The notes beneath the pieces are model-generated. The model searched no databases and was not told the DNA's origin. It saw nothing but the letters and a program-made list of their open reading frames with translations. A stretch of 44,514 nucleotides of DNA, from positions 1 to 44,514 of the forward strand of contig JALOAB010000002.1 of assembly GCA_023229045.1 (NCBI GenBank). The letters run 5' to 3'. Shown here piece after piece: positions 17,901 through 27,609 of this stretch. Numbering within the stretch: the stretch's first letter is position 1; each line of letters begins with the position of its first letter. This DNA is from Fidelibacterota bacterium (lineage in GTDB: Bacteria > Fidelibacterota > UBA2242). The position numbers were made by a program, and so were the translations under genes.

Positions 17901-19193
17901 CCGACTATGACTTGGAGTGAAGGATATTGGAGTAATTATAGGGGCTGGCCTAAGACGGTCGAAACTCATCAGGAACGACTCGTTTTCGGCGGGTCGAAAT
18001 CTTTCCCGCAGACTCTATGGTTCGGCAAGGCTAATCCAGATAATTACGAAGATTTTACAGAAGGTGCTCTTGATGACAATGCCTTTACCGTAGCCCTTCC
18101 GGGACAGAATCCTATCCAGTGGGTAAGCAGCAGGGATTATTTAATGATAGGAACTTCAGGTTCAGTAGGTAAATGGGGCGAGCAGGGCAAGCCCGTTACT
18201 CCTACCAGTCCGAGCTATCAGGAACAGTCTCGCGTAGGTTCTTCTAAGTTAATGAATGTTCTGGCCTCTGACGCATTGCTTTATATCGAAAGAGGGGCAA
18301 TGAAGGTCAGGGAATTTGTGTATTCACTTCAGTATGATAAGTATATGTCACCTGACTTGACCTTACTATCGGAGAATATTCTCGAAAGCGGAGTCAGGGA
18401 TTTGGTTTTTCAGGAGAGACCTGAGCCTATTTTGTGGTGTGTTAAGAACAACGGTGATATAGCCACAATGACATATCAGAGAGAACAATCTATCACAGGC
18501 TGGGCGATACATAATACTGACGGTGATTTCGAGTCTATTGCCAGAATACCGGGCGCAACAAGTGAAGATGAGATTTGGGTAACAGTGGCAAGGGAAATCG
18601 ACAGTGTTACAAGACGATATATCGAGCAGTTTCAGCCGAGAGATTGGGGAACTGATATTAACGACTGTTGGTTTGTTGATTGTGGACTTGCTTATGACGG
18701 CGTGGATGGCAATAACTTTGACGGGTTAGACCACTTAGAAGGGTTAAGACTGTCCATTCTTGGCGATGGCGTTATCGAGCCTAACGAAGTTGTAACTTCT
18801 GGAGAGATTACTATCGACCGAGACGCAGGGCGTGTAACTGCCGGACTGCCTTTTACTTCAGTAATCGAGACGCTTCCTTTGTATTTTGACGAACAGGACA
18901 AAGCCCACAATAAGAAGGTAACTACATTAGGGTTTGATTTATACAAGACTGGATATTGTAAATATGGGGTAGGAACTGATTCGACTTTAATGAATATTAA
19001 TTTCGAGAACGATATGAATACCGACCCTAACGCCACTGTCCAAGACCTCTATACCTCTGTATATAAATTAATGGGCGTAAGATGCCCTTGGGGTTCGTTA
19101 CAGAAGAACACTATAAGACTTGAAAGTGATGCACCTCTGCCATTAACTTTACGGTCAATATCATTAGATTTGAGGATTTATCCGCCGCAATGA
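14955..19193 (+). CDS. Nozzle / tail tubular protein B-like (gp12-like) with nested LamG and discoidin-like inserts (about 1412 aa)
   Basis: MRYTPTLTSFNNGQVSPLMEARTDFDKYKSSCRRLENMFVTAQGPVTRRPG resembles the conserved gp12-type N-terminus (from memory). LamG signatures: IDNVMIFNKELSAGEVLALY and IDNIAIFDVNLTAAEIAGLY. F5/8-C-like block: NQWIGQIFG..IKRIKIHP..IEASKDGVTYVKV. Start 14955 overlaps the upstream stop; the alternative start 15015 removes the hydrophobic leader. Confidence 0.65.
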   Translation: MRKILWLLILLSVLCIAADEMRYTPTLTSFNNGQVSPLMEARTDFDKYKSSCRRLENMFVTAQGPVTRRPGTKYICEVKDSNYPTRLIPFEYSTEDTYIIEAGEEYMRFFRSGGQILTGQGTEYLGALTPVAHWTCNDDEPSTTVVDAMGSHDGTATTYTSNLSEVGNVNDCFNLGGDRYFAVPDHADFTFDDSGDNPLTLTGWFFVTDTGETQTLIAKWEDGVAQEYKLWMDKDRKLTLTLSTAIANLSGNCVSQWKLNETSGTTITDSQGTQDGVASTDTAVLMAAGATANTGTSFDLDNQYYVNVADHASHTFGNGAADSAFSLAAWAYVPQNPADTIISKRDDTSGALKREYILYASLSDIYFTISDNSTGGYRRVQSNSNYFNWSPSWGWHFIVATYDGTGGTNAQNGMEIYIDGVNETNARESSGTYVAMENTAAPVLIGAHEDTSGVITGLWNKRIDNVMIFNKELSAGEVLALYNGGEGTENIVIGSTTYAKTDEAIDIGWHFIAVTYDATGGATAADHITFFIDGSEVASTAYNNAAYTNMSNSAANVTVGSENGQHNWASRIDNIAIFDVNLTAAEIAGLYTVVPYEITTPYDSNEIWDLKYTQVDNEMYIVDGNHIPQRLARAGHIDWTLSDFDYSTGPFMAENKDTSITIDPPEAASDITSGDYAIASTETAGYTKDEAFDNLYLVVGNAWRATGKENQWIGQIFGAPKTIKRIKIHPCVYESNLDMCMKYIKIEASKDGVTYVKVPINRWLGRCESYNGDEAWVDYITTYAEYIDLYLNNDTAYQYWRVWIYDNWGDALTGVMEIEMFEKQSGVYTASSNIFNEGHTGSIWRINQERGTSILKGTAAAAAINADRTYVSNTTPWFSGGYSFVTNNSSPNFTVTLQRSTNWGATWQSALTPLNSADFDNPAETEKTGAIYRVKISDYVSGTCNYTLTITDQTNHGIIRINSYVSPTSVIATELVPLVHSDPTMTWSEGYWSNYRGWPKTVETHQERLVFGGSKSFPQTLWFGKANPDNYEDFTEGALDDNAFTVALPGQNPIQWVSSRDYLMIGTSGSVGKWGEQGKPVTPTSPSYQEQSRVGSSKLMNVLASDALLYIERGAMKVREFVYSLQYDKYMSPDLTLLSENILESGVRDLVFQERPEPILWCVKNNGDIATMTYQREQSITGWAIHNTDGDFESIARIPGATSEDEIWVTVAREIDSVTRRYIEQFQPRDWGTDINDCWFVDCGLAYDGVDGNNFDGLDHLEGLRLSILGDGVIEPNEVVTSGEITIDRDAGRVTAGLPFTSVIETLPLYFDEQDKAHNKKVTTLGFDLYKTGYCKYGVGTDSTLMNINFENDMNTDPNATVQDLYTSVYKLMGVRCPWGSLQKNTIRLESDAPLPLTLRSISLDLRIYPPQ

Positions 19194-19603
19194 CAAACGA
19201 ATTAGATACAAGGCCGATGAAGATTGAGCATTTCCTTGCTGTTATGGAACAGAACGAAAAGTTCTACCCTGAGTACGCCAAACTTAGTTTGGAAGATAAA
19301 ATCAAGGTCGCACAGTTGAATATTGACACTGGAATAGCCGAATCTCATTATATAGACGGCAAACTAATAGGTGTTACAGGAATAAGGTACAGGGGAATCG
19401 GAGAAGCTTGGTTCATCGTGAACCCTGAAATAAGGGCTAATAAATTCCTATTATTTAAAAGAACTCAAAAGACGTTACCGAGAATGAGAGATGCCATAGG
19501 AATCTGGCGGTTATACGCAACCAGTAAGATTAGTGAAAACTTCTTAAAACATTTAGGATATGAACCTGAACCGACAATGTTTTGTTGGACACGAACAGAA
19601 TGA
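19190..19603 (+). CDS. GNAT-like acetyltransferase-fold protein (tentative)
   Basis: DGKLIGVTGIRYRGIGEAWFIVNPE...ISENFLKHLGYEPE resembles GNAT beta4-alpha3 and the C-terminal ..FL..LGF.. pattern. ATGA overlap with the nozzle stop. Confidence 0.35.
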   Translation: MTNELDTRPMKIEHFLAVMEQNEKFYPEYAKLSLEDKIKVAQLNIDTGIAESHYIDGKLIGVTGIRYRGIGEAWFIVNPEIRANKFLLFKRTQKTLPRMRDAIGIWRLYATSKISENFLKHLGYEPEPTMFCWTRTE

Positions 19604-20262
19604 ACGAATACTTCAAACAGCAGTGGCGAAAAGCGATAGAATCTCAGCCGTTCTGGGAATCGGTACACAGAAGATATGACCCTGTTTCAATTACTTTAAT
19701 TGCGGTAGCTGCCACAGCCGGTGGCATTGCTGCTTATTCTTCTTATCAACAAGGCAAAGAGGAAGAAGAATTAGCCAAGCAGAGAGCTGCGATTGACCAA
19801 GAGAACGCTTTAATGGCCGAACAGGAAGCTGCTGACCAAGCCCGAATTGAGGAAGAAAAAGGTCAGAAACTTCTTTCGAGACAAAAGGTGATGTGGGCTG
19901 CGTCAGGGGTAAGGTCTAATGTCGGCGCACCGTTGGTAGTAGAAGCCGAGACAATGAGGGATATTTCAGTTGAAAAAGGATTTATCTTAAAGAGAGGCCA
20001 GAATATGGCTCGTAATTACCGTATGCAGGCTGCGTATGAAAAAGCTTATGGCAAGTCTCAGAAACGGCAGTCTAATTGGGCTATGATGAGTACCCTAATG
20101 GGTGCAGGTGCACAAATAGGTTCGCAGATGTATGACGCAGGGTTATTCAGCCGTTCTGGCAATGGCACTCAAACGCCAAAGATAGGCGGCACGGGTTTCT
20201 CCGGCAGTAAGACTTATAGAAGCGACACAGGTTATAATTTTGGTAATATTTGGAAATCGTAA
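19600..20262 (+). CDS. Internal virion / ejection-type protein (TM helix plus coiled coil)
   Basis: Start at MNEYFKQQW (ATGA overlap). Contains ITLIAVAATAGGIAAYSSY followed by an E/Q/A-rich coil. Occupies the gp14 position. Confidence 0.5.
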   Translation: MNEYFKQQWRKAIESQPFWESVHRRYDPVSITLIAVAATAGGIAAYSSYQQGKEEEELAKQRAAIDQENALMAEQEAADQARIEEEKGQKLLSRQKVMWAASGVRSNVGAPLVVEAETMRDISVEKGFILKRGQNMARNYRMQAAYEKAYGKSQKRQSNWAMMSTLMGAGAQIGSQMYDAGLFSRSGNGTQTPKIGGTGFSGSKTYRSDTGYNFGNIWKS

Positions 20263-21888
20263 ATGGATATACCACTCTTTCAGCGCGAAAAAACAGCAGG
20301 CTTTACGCCAATGCCGAAACCGCCTTATGAACTGGCGGACAAAAGCGGCCAGCAGCAGTTTGCTCGTACTATGGGCGCGATAGGAACAAACCTACTCGAT
20401 AAGTACCTGCAAGCTCGTCAGGCTAACGAGGAGAGTCAGTTTATCGGTCAGGTCAAGTCTGCTCAGGCAGGTTTTAGGAATTGGCTGCAAGAGAACCCTC
20501 AGGCTACGCCGGAAGAAATGTTCGCCGAGCGGGATAAGATGGTTAAGGGTATTGATGACATAAGCGCAAACAATAAATTTTTGCCCGCCACTAAGAATTA
20601 CATTAAGAATTTCATTGCCTCTAATAAAGAGAAAATGATTAAAGACGCTGACTACGACATTACCGCTATCGGTATGCAGCAGCAGATGACACAGCTTAAC
20701 GCCAATATCGACTTGCTTGAAATGGAAGGTGATTACGCAGGTGTCGAAAAATTGGTTGACGATTCTCCATTAAGTCAGCCGGAAAAAGACCTTGCCAAAG
20801 CGAAGGCCAAAGTGAAGATAGATACCCTAAACCGCGCCAGAGACATTGAGGCGGTTAGGGCTAATTATCAGGCTGTAATAGATAACGGTGGCACTAAAGA
20901 GCAGGCATACCAAGTTGTTGATGAAGGAGTTAAACTGTTTGGTTTATCTGCAAAAGAAAAAGAGACTCTTGGCAACAACCTTGATAATTACGTTGAAGGC
21001 AGGATTAAGAAAGCCGCAGATAGTAAACACGAAAAAACTATGTCTGCTTATAAAGATTTTGCGACCAAGCTTGTTACTACCGATGTATCTATGAATGACA
21101 TAGAATCGGCTGGCTTTGATAAGGACGTAAAAGAAGGTTGGCAGGCTATTATCAAAGGTTCGACCGAGCCTGCACCATTAGCAACTACCGGAGTGGGTTA
21201 TTCGGCGGCGTTAGATTCTGTGATTAGCAGTCAGGTTATCGGGAAAAAACAGGCTTATGACGAAATATTAAAGGCAAGATTTATTGATAAGACAATTAAT
21301 AATGATACTTATTTGTGGGCTATATCAAGAATTGAAAATCCCTATCCTAAGCATATAACCGTAATGGTAAAAGGCATTACGAAATCAGCAGAAAGCTATT
21401 ATTACCATAAGGGAATTGGTATTTTGGGGCGTGATTTTTTGACGGATAAAGAGGAGCAGTTACTTGGTGAAAAAAATGCGGCGTTTATAAGCTGGCTCGA
21501 AAATGAAAGTAAAGACGGTAAATATCCTGACGGTAAGACTATGTACTCTAAAATGAGGGAAATTGGCGTTGCTATTGAAACACCTGAAACATTACCGAGA
21601 GAGCCTATTATTGCACCTAAAAAAGCAGACCCCTTATACATTACTAATGACGAAGATTACGATAAACTTGCTGGTGGGACGAGATTTTATGACGCTCTTA
21701 CCGGACAATGGATGATAAAACCCTCTAAGACAAGTATAGGTATTAGGGATATACAAAATGACGAAGAAACAGTCAGGACGTGGATGTTAAGCCCCGAACA
21801 ACCGATAGTAAAACCTTCTGAACAGCCCATAGACAAAAAACAAATTGAAAAATGGGAATCAGAATTTGGCATAGACAGGTATAAATGA
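20263..21888 (+). CDS. Internal virion protein (541 aa)
   Basis: Called from position after nozzle/gp14-like, size and helical composition. No catalytic motif seen. Confidence 0.5.
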   Translation: MDIPLFQREKTAGFTPMPKPPYELADKSGQQQFARTMGAIGTNLLDKYLQARQANEESQFIGQVKSAQAGFRNWLQENPQATPEEMFAERDKMVKGIDDISANNKFLPATKNYIKNFIASNKEKMIKDADYDITAIGMQQQMTQLNANIDLLEMEGDYAGVEKLVDDSPLSQPEKDLAKAKAKVKIDTLNRARDIEAVRANYQAVIDNGGTKEQAYQVVDEGVKLFGLSAKEKETLGNNLDNYVEGRIKKAADSKHEKTMSAYKDFATKLVTTDVSMNDIESAGFDKDVKEGWQAIIKGSTEPAPLATTGVGYSAALDSVISSQVIGKKQAYDEILKARFIDKTINNDTYLWAISRIENPYPKHITVMVKGITKSAESYYYHKGIGILGRDFLTDKEEQLLGEKNAAFISWLENESKDGKYPDGKTMYSKMREIGVAIETPETLPREPIIAPKKADPLYITNDEDYDKLAGGTRFYDALTGQWMIKPSKTSIGIRDIQNDEETVRTWMLSPEQPIVKPSEQPIDKKQIEKWESEFGIDRYK

Positions 21889-24227
21889 GATACCATACAG
21901 AAGCAATTACGTTAGAAAGATTCGACCCTGAAAGTGATGGTTATGACTATCAGGCTGCGATTGACTCTGGCAATATAGCTGACGAAAAGACTAAACATTG
22001 GGGTTCTATCGACCCCCGAACAGGTATGGTTCTTAAAGGTAAAAATCACCCGACTTGGAATCAAATGGTTGAAGAAGAAGTCAAACTTGGCAATACCGTT
22101 ATTAAAGCTGATAATGGCCGTTATTATTCTGTAAAATTACCAAAATATTTATCGGAAGCCAAAATTGCCGAGCCGGAAACCGGATTCGAGGATAATACTC
22201 AAAATGTCTTAGAGCGAGCGAATCGAGATTTTGATTTTGCGGTAGAAAACAATTTACCTCTTGACGTTTTTGACGCGCTAAAAAGGGAGTGGGCAACATC
22301 AAGTGGATTACAGAAAAAAGTACCGTTTTACGGCGGTCTTTATGGTCTTTATGAACACAGTGAAATGATAGATACAGCCCAAAGATTAAAAAATCCAAGT
22401 CGATACGAAGAAGCGTATTGGTATGAATATCAAGATGCTCAAACTCGTCTGCCTCAGGAAAAATTAGATGAGATGTTCGGGGACAAAGAAAAATTTATAG
22501 AGCAGTTTAAACAGCAGGACGAAAAAGTAATATCGGCCTATTTGAAGTATATATCAACTGATAAAACAGTTATGAACAAGATTGCTACGGGTGTATCAGT
22601 CTTGCCGACTTGGGCAATCGAGTTTTGGGCTACTGGCGGACTGGCCTCTTTAGGTGATGACGCTGCAAGAAAAGCCGGAGAAAAAATATTAGGTGCTTAC
22701 GCTAAGACAACGGTAGGTAAAATGGCTATGTGGTCTGCTCAGATAAGCGCAGGCGGCGTTACCCGTTCTGCCGGATTAGGTCATCAAGTCTTAGAAAAAA
22801 TGTCACAAAGACAGTTAGACGTTGTTTTAGGTCTTAGAGAAGAAGAAGGCTGGGCAATGTCGGCTTTGGTTGCGTGGGGTGATACGGTTATTGAGGCAGC
22901 ATCTGAATCGGCGGGCGAGGGACTAACTACGGCTGGCGGCGTGGTGTTGGGCAAACTACCATTTGGCTCTAAAGTCGTTCCTGCCCTTGAAAAGGCTTGG
23001 ATTGCAGCTACTGGAGGCACTAAAGGTGAATTTGCCAGAAAACTGTTCTCTAAGGGCGGCTATTCTAATATCTTAGGTGAAATCGGCGAGGAAAGAATCG
23101 GTACAATTCTAAGGGCTGTAACTGAGGTAGATGACTTTGGATTGGGCAAAGATGCTTCAATGATAGACCGGCTAAAGACCGGACTCTTGCAGGATATACA
23201 TAACATTGGCGTTGAGATAGGCGTACTGTCTGTTCCTATGGCTGGACAGTTTGCTTTGAGTCAGGTTGCCGAATTAGGCCGAGAAAAGTCTGATTTTGAC
23301 TCTACGCAATTCGACCAGAAGGAACAACTTGAGCCGACACCATCTGCGGAAGTTATTGAGGATATTACCGCAGACACAGAAGGTAAGCAGCCACCTTCCC
23401 AGCCCCCCACAGAGAAGCCTGCGGAAAGACCAAAAGAGCCTGAAATTACAAAACCAGTAACCATTGAAACAGCTAATACCAGTAAAGAAGTTGATGAAAT
23501 TGCGAAACAGATTATATCGCAAGGAATAGACCCCACTAAAACATCGGCAAGACAGGCTGATTTACAGGAAGATAGAGCGTCTTTGGGGCTTGATGGCATT
23601 GCTTCAGCAGAACGTAAGGCTTGGCAGGTATCGCTTCAACAGGCCAAAGACCGCAATATTATAAGCTCGGCTTTGAGAATAGCTGCTGAGATAAATGCTA
23701 ATCCGAGACCGTTAAATGATGTCGAAACAGCAGGCTTGGTAATGAAAGCAGCACAGTTAAAAAGAGAGCATAAAAGTTTAATGCAAGAGATGGATAAGTT
23801 AACAGAAAAGGCGGATATTAATTCAAAAGCTACACAAATAGACGCTGTTGAGAAGGAATTTGACGCTCTTACGCAAGCTATTTATAAAAGCGGCACTGAA
23901 AAAGGCAGGGCGTTAGCCTCACAGAAACTAACCATCAATCAGGATTTCGACTTACTATCCCTGAAGAATAGGGCTAAAAAGAGTAAGGGTCGAGAACTGA
24001 CAGAAAAAGAAACTGCCGCACTCGAAGAAAGAGCCAAAGCCCTTGATGTCAGGGAGAAACTAATAGCGCAGAGAGAAAAACAGATTAACGAAAAACAGGT
24101 AAAGCGAATTATAAAAGAGGGCAGTATCAGTAGGTACGCAAAAATGAACAGGTCTGAAATTGATTTGGAGTTGGATTCGCTTGTATCGAGGACGAAACAG
24201 TTAATCAAAGAAGGATGTTTAAACTAA
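21885..24227 (+). CDS. Internal virion protein (780 aa)
   Basis: ATGA overlap with the upstream gene. Has a central hydrophobic/Gly-rich block, a Pro/Glu-rich linker and a C-terminal coiled coil. Confidence 0.5.
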   Translation: MRYHTEAITLERFDPESDGYDYQAAIDSGNIADEKTKHWGSIDPRTGMVLKGKNHPTWNQMVEEEVKLGNTVIKADNGRYYSVKLPKYLSEAKIAEPETGFEDNTQNVLERANRDFDFAVENNLPLDVFDALKREWATSSGLQKKVPFYGGLYGLYEHSEMIDTAQRLKNPSRYEEAYWYEYQDAQTRLPQEKLDEMFGDKEKFIEQFKQQDEKVISAYLKYISTDKTVMNKIATGVSVLPTWAIEFWATGGLASLGDDAARKAGEKILGAYAKTTVGKMAMWSAQISAGGVTRSAGLGHQVLEKMSQRQLDVVLGLREEEGWAMSALVAWGDTVIEAASESAGEGLTTAGGVVLGKLPFGSKVVPALEKAWIAATGGTKGEFARKLFSKGGYSNILGEIGEERIGTILRAVTEVDDFGLGKDASMIDRLKTGLLQDIHNIGVEIGVLSVPMAGQFALSQVAELGREKSDFDSTQFDQKEQLEPTPSAEVIEDITADTEGKQPPSQPPTEKPAERPKEPEITKPVTIETANTSKEVDEIAKQIISQGIDPTKTSARQADLQEDRASLGLDGIASAERKAWQVSLQQAKDRNIISSALRIAAEINANPRPLNDVETAGLVMKAAQLKREHKSLMQEMDKLTEKADINSKATQIDAVEKEFDALTQAIYKSGTEKGRALASQKLTINQDFDLLSLKNRAKKSKGRELTEKETAALEERAKALDVREKLIAQREKQINEKQVKRIIKEGSISRYAKMNRSEIDLELDSLVSRTKQLIKEGCLN

Positions 24228-26287
24228 TGGCTGACTGCACTGAATTAGCTGAAAATATCGTCCAGATAGGTATGAACCTTGCTACCAGAGAAGATATTAA
24301 AACCTTCGATGATATGGTTATGGAAATGCTGAAACTTTTCCCTGAATTGTCGAGAGAAGGTATTTCACAGGCATTCTTAGAGGTTCAAGAATCCAGAAAA
24401 AAGGTCACTGCCGACATTCAGAAGAAACTGACAGCTATTTATAACGAGCCGAAAATAGAGAAGAACACAAAAGATAAAATCAGCGAATTGAATAAGTTCT
24501 TAGAAACTGGCGAACTACCTGCCAAAAAGAGCAAAAAACCAGCCCCAATGAAAATAGAGCAGCTTCGGGCGACAAGAGATAATCTTCGTAAATGGCTGGA
24601 AACAAGTGACCCTGCTATGAAGAAAAAATTAGGTCAGGAACTAACTGAACTGGTTGGCCAGATAGAATCCGGTGAAATTCAGATGGAACATCGAGAAGGA
24701 AGGTTGCACGATGAAGTCCAGCAGATTAAAGACGAAATAGACAGCCTTAAAAAGCAAATTACTGAATCTAAATTAGAGCAGAAACTTCAGGATAAAATTG
24801 AGATTTTGCAGTCCCACTTGGAATCAGGAACGTTACCCAAGACTAAGACCAGAGATATAGCAGGTTCGGAATCAGTTCAAATGCTCAAATCAATTATTTA
24901 CGACCTTAGAAAAGAGCTTAACCGCAGTGAGCCTGCCAGAAAAAAGAGAATTGAAAAGAGTATTGCTGATTTAGAACAGAAACTTAAAACAGGCGATATT
25001 CTACCCAAACCCAAACCACCGCTGGCTGAAAGCGAAGAATTAGACAAATTGATTTACCAAAGGGATTTACTTAAAAAAGAAATTCAAGACGAGATACGAA
25101 ACCTCAAGCCCTTGACTTTGTGGGGCAAAGTAGGCGCAGGATGGGATTTAGTAAGATTGGTAATGACGACAGGTGAGTTTTCTTTCGCACTTAGGCAGGG
25201 CGGGGTTTATGCAATGACGCACCCCTTTAAGTGGTCAATAGCAATGGTAAACGCTTTTAAAAGTTTTGCTTCTGCTAAAGGTTTTTACGATGTCAATAAA
25301 GATATTTTCTCAAGAGAAAACGCCCCTAATTACAATAAGTCTGGATTAGTGCTTCTTCACGAAGGTATGTCTTTGACCCGTGCTGAAGAAGTTATTATGA
25401 ACTACTGGATAGACAAAATGCCGGTTATGCGCAATTTTAACCGAGCAGCTATCAGCTTCTTCAATACGATGCGGGCGGATATGTTTGATATGGGTTATCA
25501 GACATTAGGCCGAACCCAATCTATGACACAAGGAGAGATGGAAGTTTGGGCTAACTATATTAACGTAATGACCGGCAGGGGTAAATTAGGCATCGGTTCT
25601 ATAAGCCTTGAGCCTGCGGCGTTAGCCTTTAACAGGCTTTTCTTTTCGGCCAGATATGTCGCAAGCCGATTCCAGATGTTGACTGGACAACCATTGTGGC
25701 ATAGTGCAGGAAAAGGCTCGTTACGAGTCAGGACAATGGTAGCTAAAGAGTATATCAGGTTAGGTCTTGGCCTTGCTACTGTCTTTGGATTAGGAATGTT
25801 AGTTGGTGCTGATATTGAAGATGACCCTCGTTCAACAAACTTCGGAAAACTCAAGTTTGGGAATAGAAGGTTAGATGTAATGATGGGGCACGCCCAAGTT
25901 ATAACCCTGATGTCCAGATTATTAAGTGGAAAAACAAAGACAGGAAAAGGTGAAATTGTCGCTTTATACGGCAAAGAAAAGAAATACGGCGGTCAGGACA
26001 TAGAATCCGTTCTTGTCAAATTCCTAAGAAGCAAGTTATCCCCTCAGTTCGGCTTTATGATGAACTTGATAACAAGGGAGACTTATTTAGGCGAAGAAAT
26101 AACATTATTAAATACAACTACGCAACTTTTATACCCTATGACCTATGGCGATATTTGGGATGTTATGAAAGAAGAAGGTATGCCGACTAATGTTTCATTG
26201 TCAATTTTGACGTTATTGGGTATGGGGTTGCAAACTTATGAGCCATATGAGAAAAAATCTGAATTTGGTAAAAGAAAAAGAATTTAA
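24227..26287 (+). CDS. Internal virion protein with coiled-coil repeats and a C-terminal membrane-like domain (686 aa)
   Basis: TAATG overlap; AAGGA 12 nt upstream. Repeated FLETGELPAKKSKKP / HLESGTLPKTKTRD / KLKTGDILPKPKPP. Hydrophobic C-terminal half. Confidence 0.5.
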   Translation: MADCTELAENIVQIGMNLATREDIKTFDDMVMEMLKLFPELSREGISQAFLEVQESRKKVTADIQKKLTAIYNEPKIEKNTKDKISELNKFLETGELPAKKSKKPAPMKIEQLRATRDNLRKWLETSDPAMKKKLGQELTELVGQIESGEIQMEHREGRLHDEVQQIKDEIDSLKKQITESKLEQKLQDKIEILQSHLESGTLPKTKTRDIAGSESVQMLKSIIYDLRKELNRSEPARKKRIEKSIADLEQKLKTGDILPKPKPPLAESEELDKLIYQRDLLKKEIQDEIRNLKPLTLWGKVGAGWDLVRLVMTTGEFSFALRQGGVYAMTHPFKWSIAMVNAFKSFASAKGFYDVNKDIFSRENAPNYNKSGLVLLHEGMSLTRAEEVIMNYWIDKMPVMRNFNRAAISFFNTMRADMFDMGYQTLGRTQSMTQGEMEVWANYINVMTGRGKLGIGSISLEPAALAFNRLFFSARYVASRFQMLTGQPLWHSAGKGSLRVRTMVAKEYIRLGLGLATVFGLGMLVGADIEDDPRSTNFGKLKFGNRRLDVMMGHAQVITLMSRLLSGKTKTGKGEIVALYGKEKKYGGQDIESVLVKFLRSKLSPQFGFMMNLITRETYLGEEITLLNTTTQLLYPMTYGDIWDVMKEEGMPTNVSLSILTLLGMGLQTYEPYEKKSEFGKRKRI

Positions 26288-26360
26288 AAAAGGACTAACT
26301 AATGGGCAACTGCCCCGAACATAACGAAAGATATACTCACTAAGAACAAAGGAATGTTGT

Positions 26361-26636
26361 ATGACAGACAAAGAAATTGAGCAACTCGTGAAGCTAACGG
26401 CAAATGAAACGGCTGACAATGTAATTGACAAAGCCAAAAAGGAATGGGCAAAAGACATTAAGCTTCACGCCCTTGAATGTCCGGCTGGCAAGAAAATAGA
26501 TGTACTGGTCGAAGCCCACGAAGAGAAAAAAGACCACAAAAAATGGTTGGCAAGGGCTGTTATTGCACAGGGTATTCTCTTTGCTTTCTATTTAGCTAAA
26601 GATTTATGGAGATTTATATGGACTGTCGGAGAATAA
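26361..26636 (+). CDS. Small protein with a C-terminal TM anchor (holin-like candidate, weak)
   Basis: AAGGAA RBS. WLARAVIAQGILFAFYLAKDLW forms a single hydrophobic helix. Confidence 0.4.
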   Translation: MTDKEIEQLVKLTANETADNVIDKAKKEWAKDIKLHALECPAGKKIDVLVEAHEEKKDHKKWLARAVIAQGILFAFYLAKDLWRFIWTVGE

Positions 26637-26815
26637 ACTGGTTTGCTTTAAGGCTTTGCGGTGTAGCAAATACCTTACAGAGCTGCGTTGACACGCTTAA
26701 AGAAACACTGAAAAGCGATAAAAGTTACTTAGTTACGGAACTGGATAGCGAAATTAGCAGGCTCGAAAACGAAGCGGAATCTATTAAAAAGGAAATTGAC
26801 GACGACAATGCTTAA
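26618..26815 (+). CDS. Small coiled-coil protein (65 aa)
   Basis: Start taken at MDCRRINW (GGAGA 5-6 nt upstream). Acidic coiled-coil C-terminus. Confidence 0.4.
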   Translation: MDCRRINWFALRLCGVANTLQSCVDTLKETLKSDKSYLVTELDSEISRLENEAESIKKEIDDDNA

Positions 26816-27608
26816 CAAACTTATTATGTTTCTGATTTTGGTAGTAGTTGCCTTGTCTTGTGCAAATCGAAGCCGAGAGCGATACTCTGACAGCTATCGG
26901 GACAGGTATAATCCGAGTATTGTTTCAGATGTTAACTGGTCAGACTTAGAGCCTAATTTAGTAGTTTGGTATAAGATGGACTGCAATGAGCCAAATACTA
27001 CCGTTCTTGATAGTAGTGGTAATGGTTATCACGGAACATCTATTAGGAACACAAATTTAATGTCGGTCGATGGTGAAGTCGGCGGGGCATTTCAGTTTGA
27101 TAATGACTGGTTTGATACTGTTCAATCTTTTGAGTCGGTGTTTAAAGATAGTTTTAGCATTAGCTATTGGCTTTTGGTTAATGAATCTTATGTAATTAAT
27201 GGCATTGTTTTTATTCAGGCGACGGCATTGAATCAAGTTGAATTATCAGTACATAAAATTAATGAGTATTCTTTGGTTTATGCTTATTACAAAGCTCATA
27301 CTTTTGACCCGATAGTATTAGAAACTGAGGTCAACATTCCTATTAAGTGGAATATGGTTACAATGACCGTCAGGAACATAGACGGCGTTCACGCCGTAAT
27401 GAAGGTTTATTTTAATGGTATAAAAATAGCCGAACAAACCAAAAATGTTTATATGCCCGAATTTGTGATAGTAGATAAAACTTTTAGAGTCGGAGATAGT
27501 TTGGACGGCTTTGACGGTGGTTCGACAGGAATGATGGATGAGTTTATGCTTTTTAACAAAGCACTATCTCAGACAGAAATAACCGTGTTATATGAAAAGG
27601 AATATTGA
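26808..27608 (+). CDS. LamG (Laminin_G_3)-type lectin-fold protein with an N-terminal signal-like leader
   Basis: MLNKLIMFLILVVVALSC... leader. WYKMDCNEPNTTVLDSSGNGYHGT...FQFD and MDEFMLFNKALSQTEITVLY are typical LamG_3 start and end signatures. Confidence 0.65.
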   Translation: MLNKLIMFLILVVVALSCANRSRERYSDSYRDRYNPSIVSDVNWSDLEPNLVVWYKMDCNEPNTTVLDSSGNGYHGTSIRNTNLMSVDGEVGGAFQFDNDWFDTVQSFESVFKDSFSISYWLLVNESYVINGIVFIQATALNQVELSVHKINEYSLVYAYYKAHTFDPIVLETEVNIPIKWNMVTMTVRNIDGVHAVMKVYFNGIKIAEQTKNVYMPEFVIVDKTFRVGDSLDGFDGGSTGMMDEFMLFNKALSQTEITVLYEKEY

Positions 27609-27609
27609 A

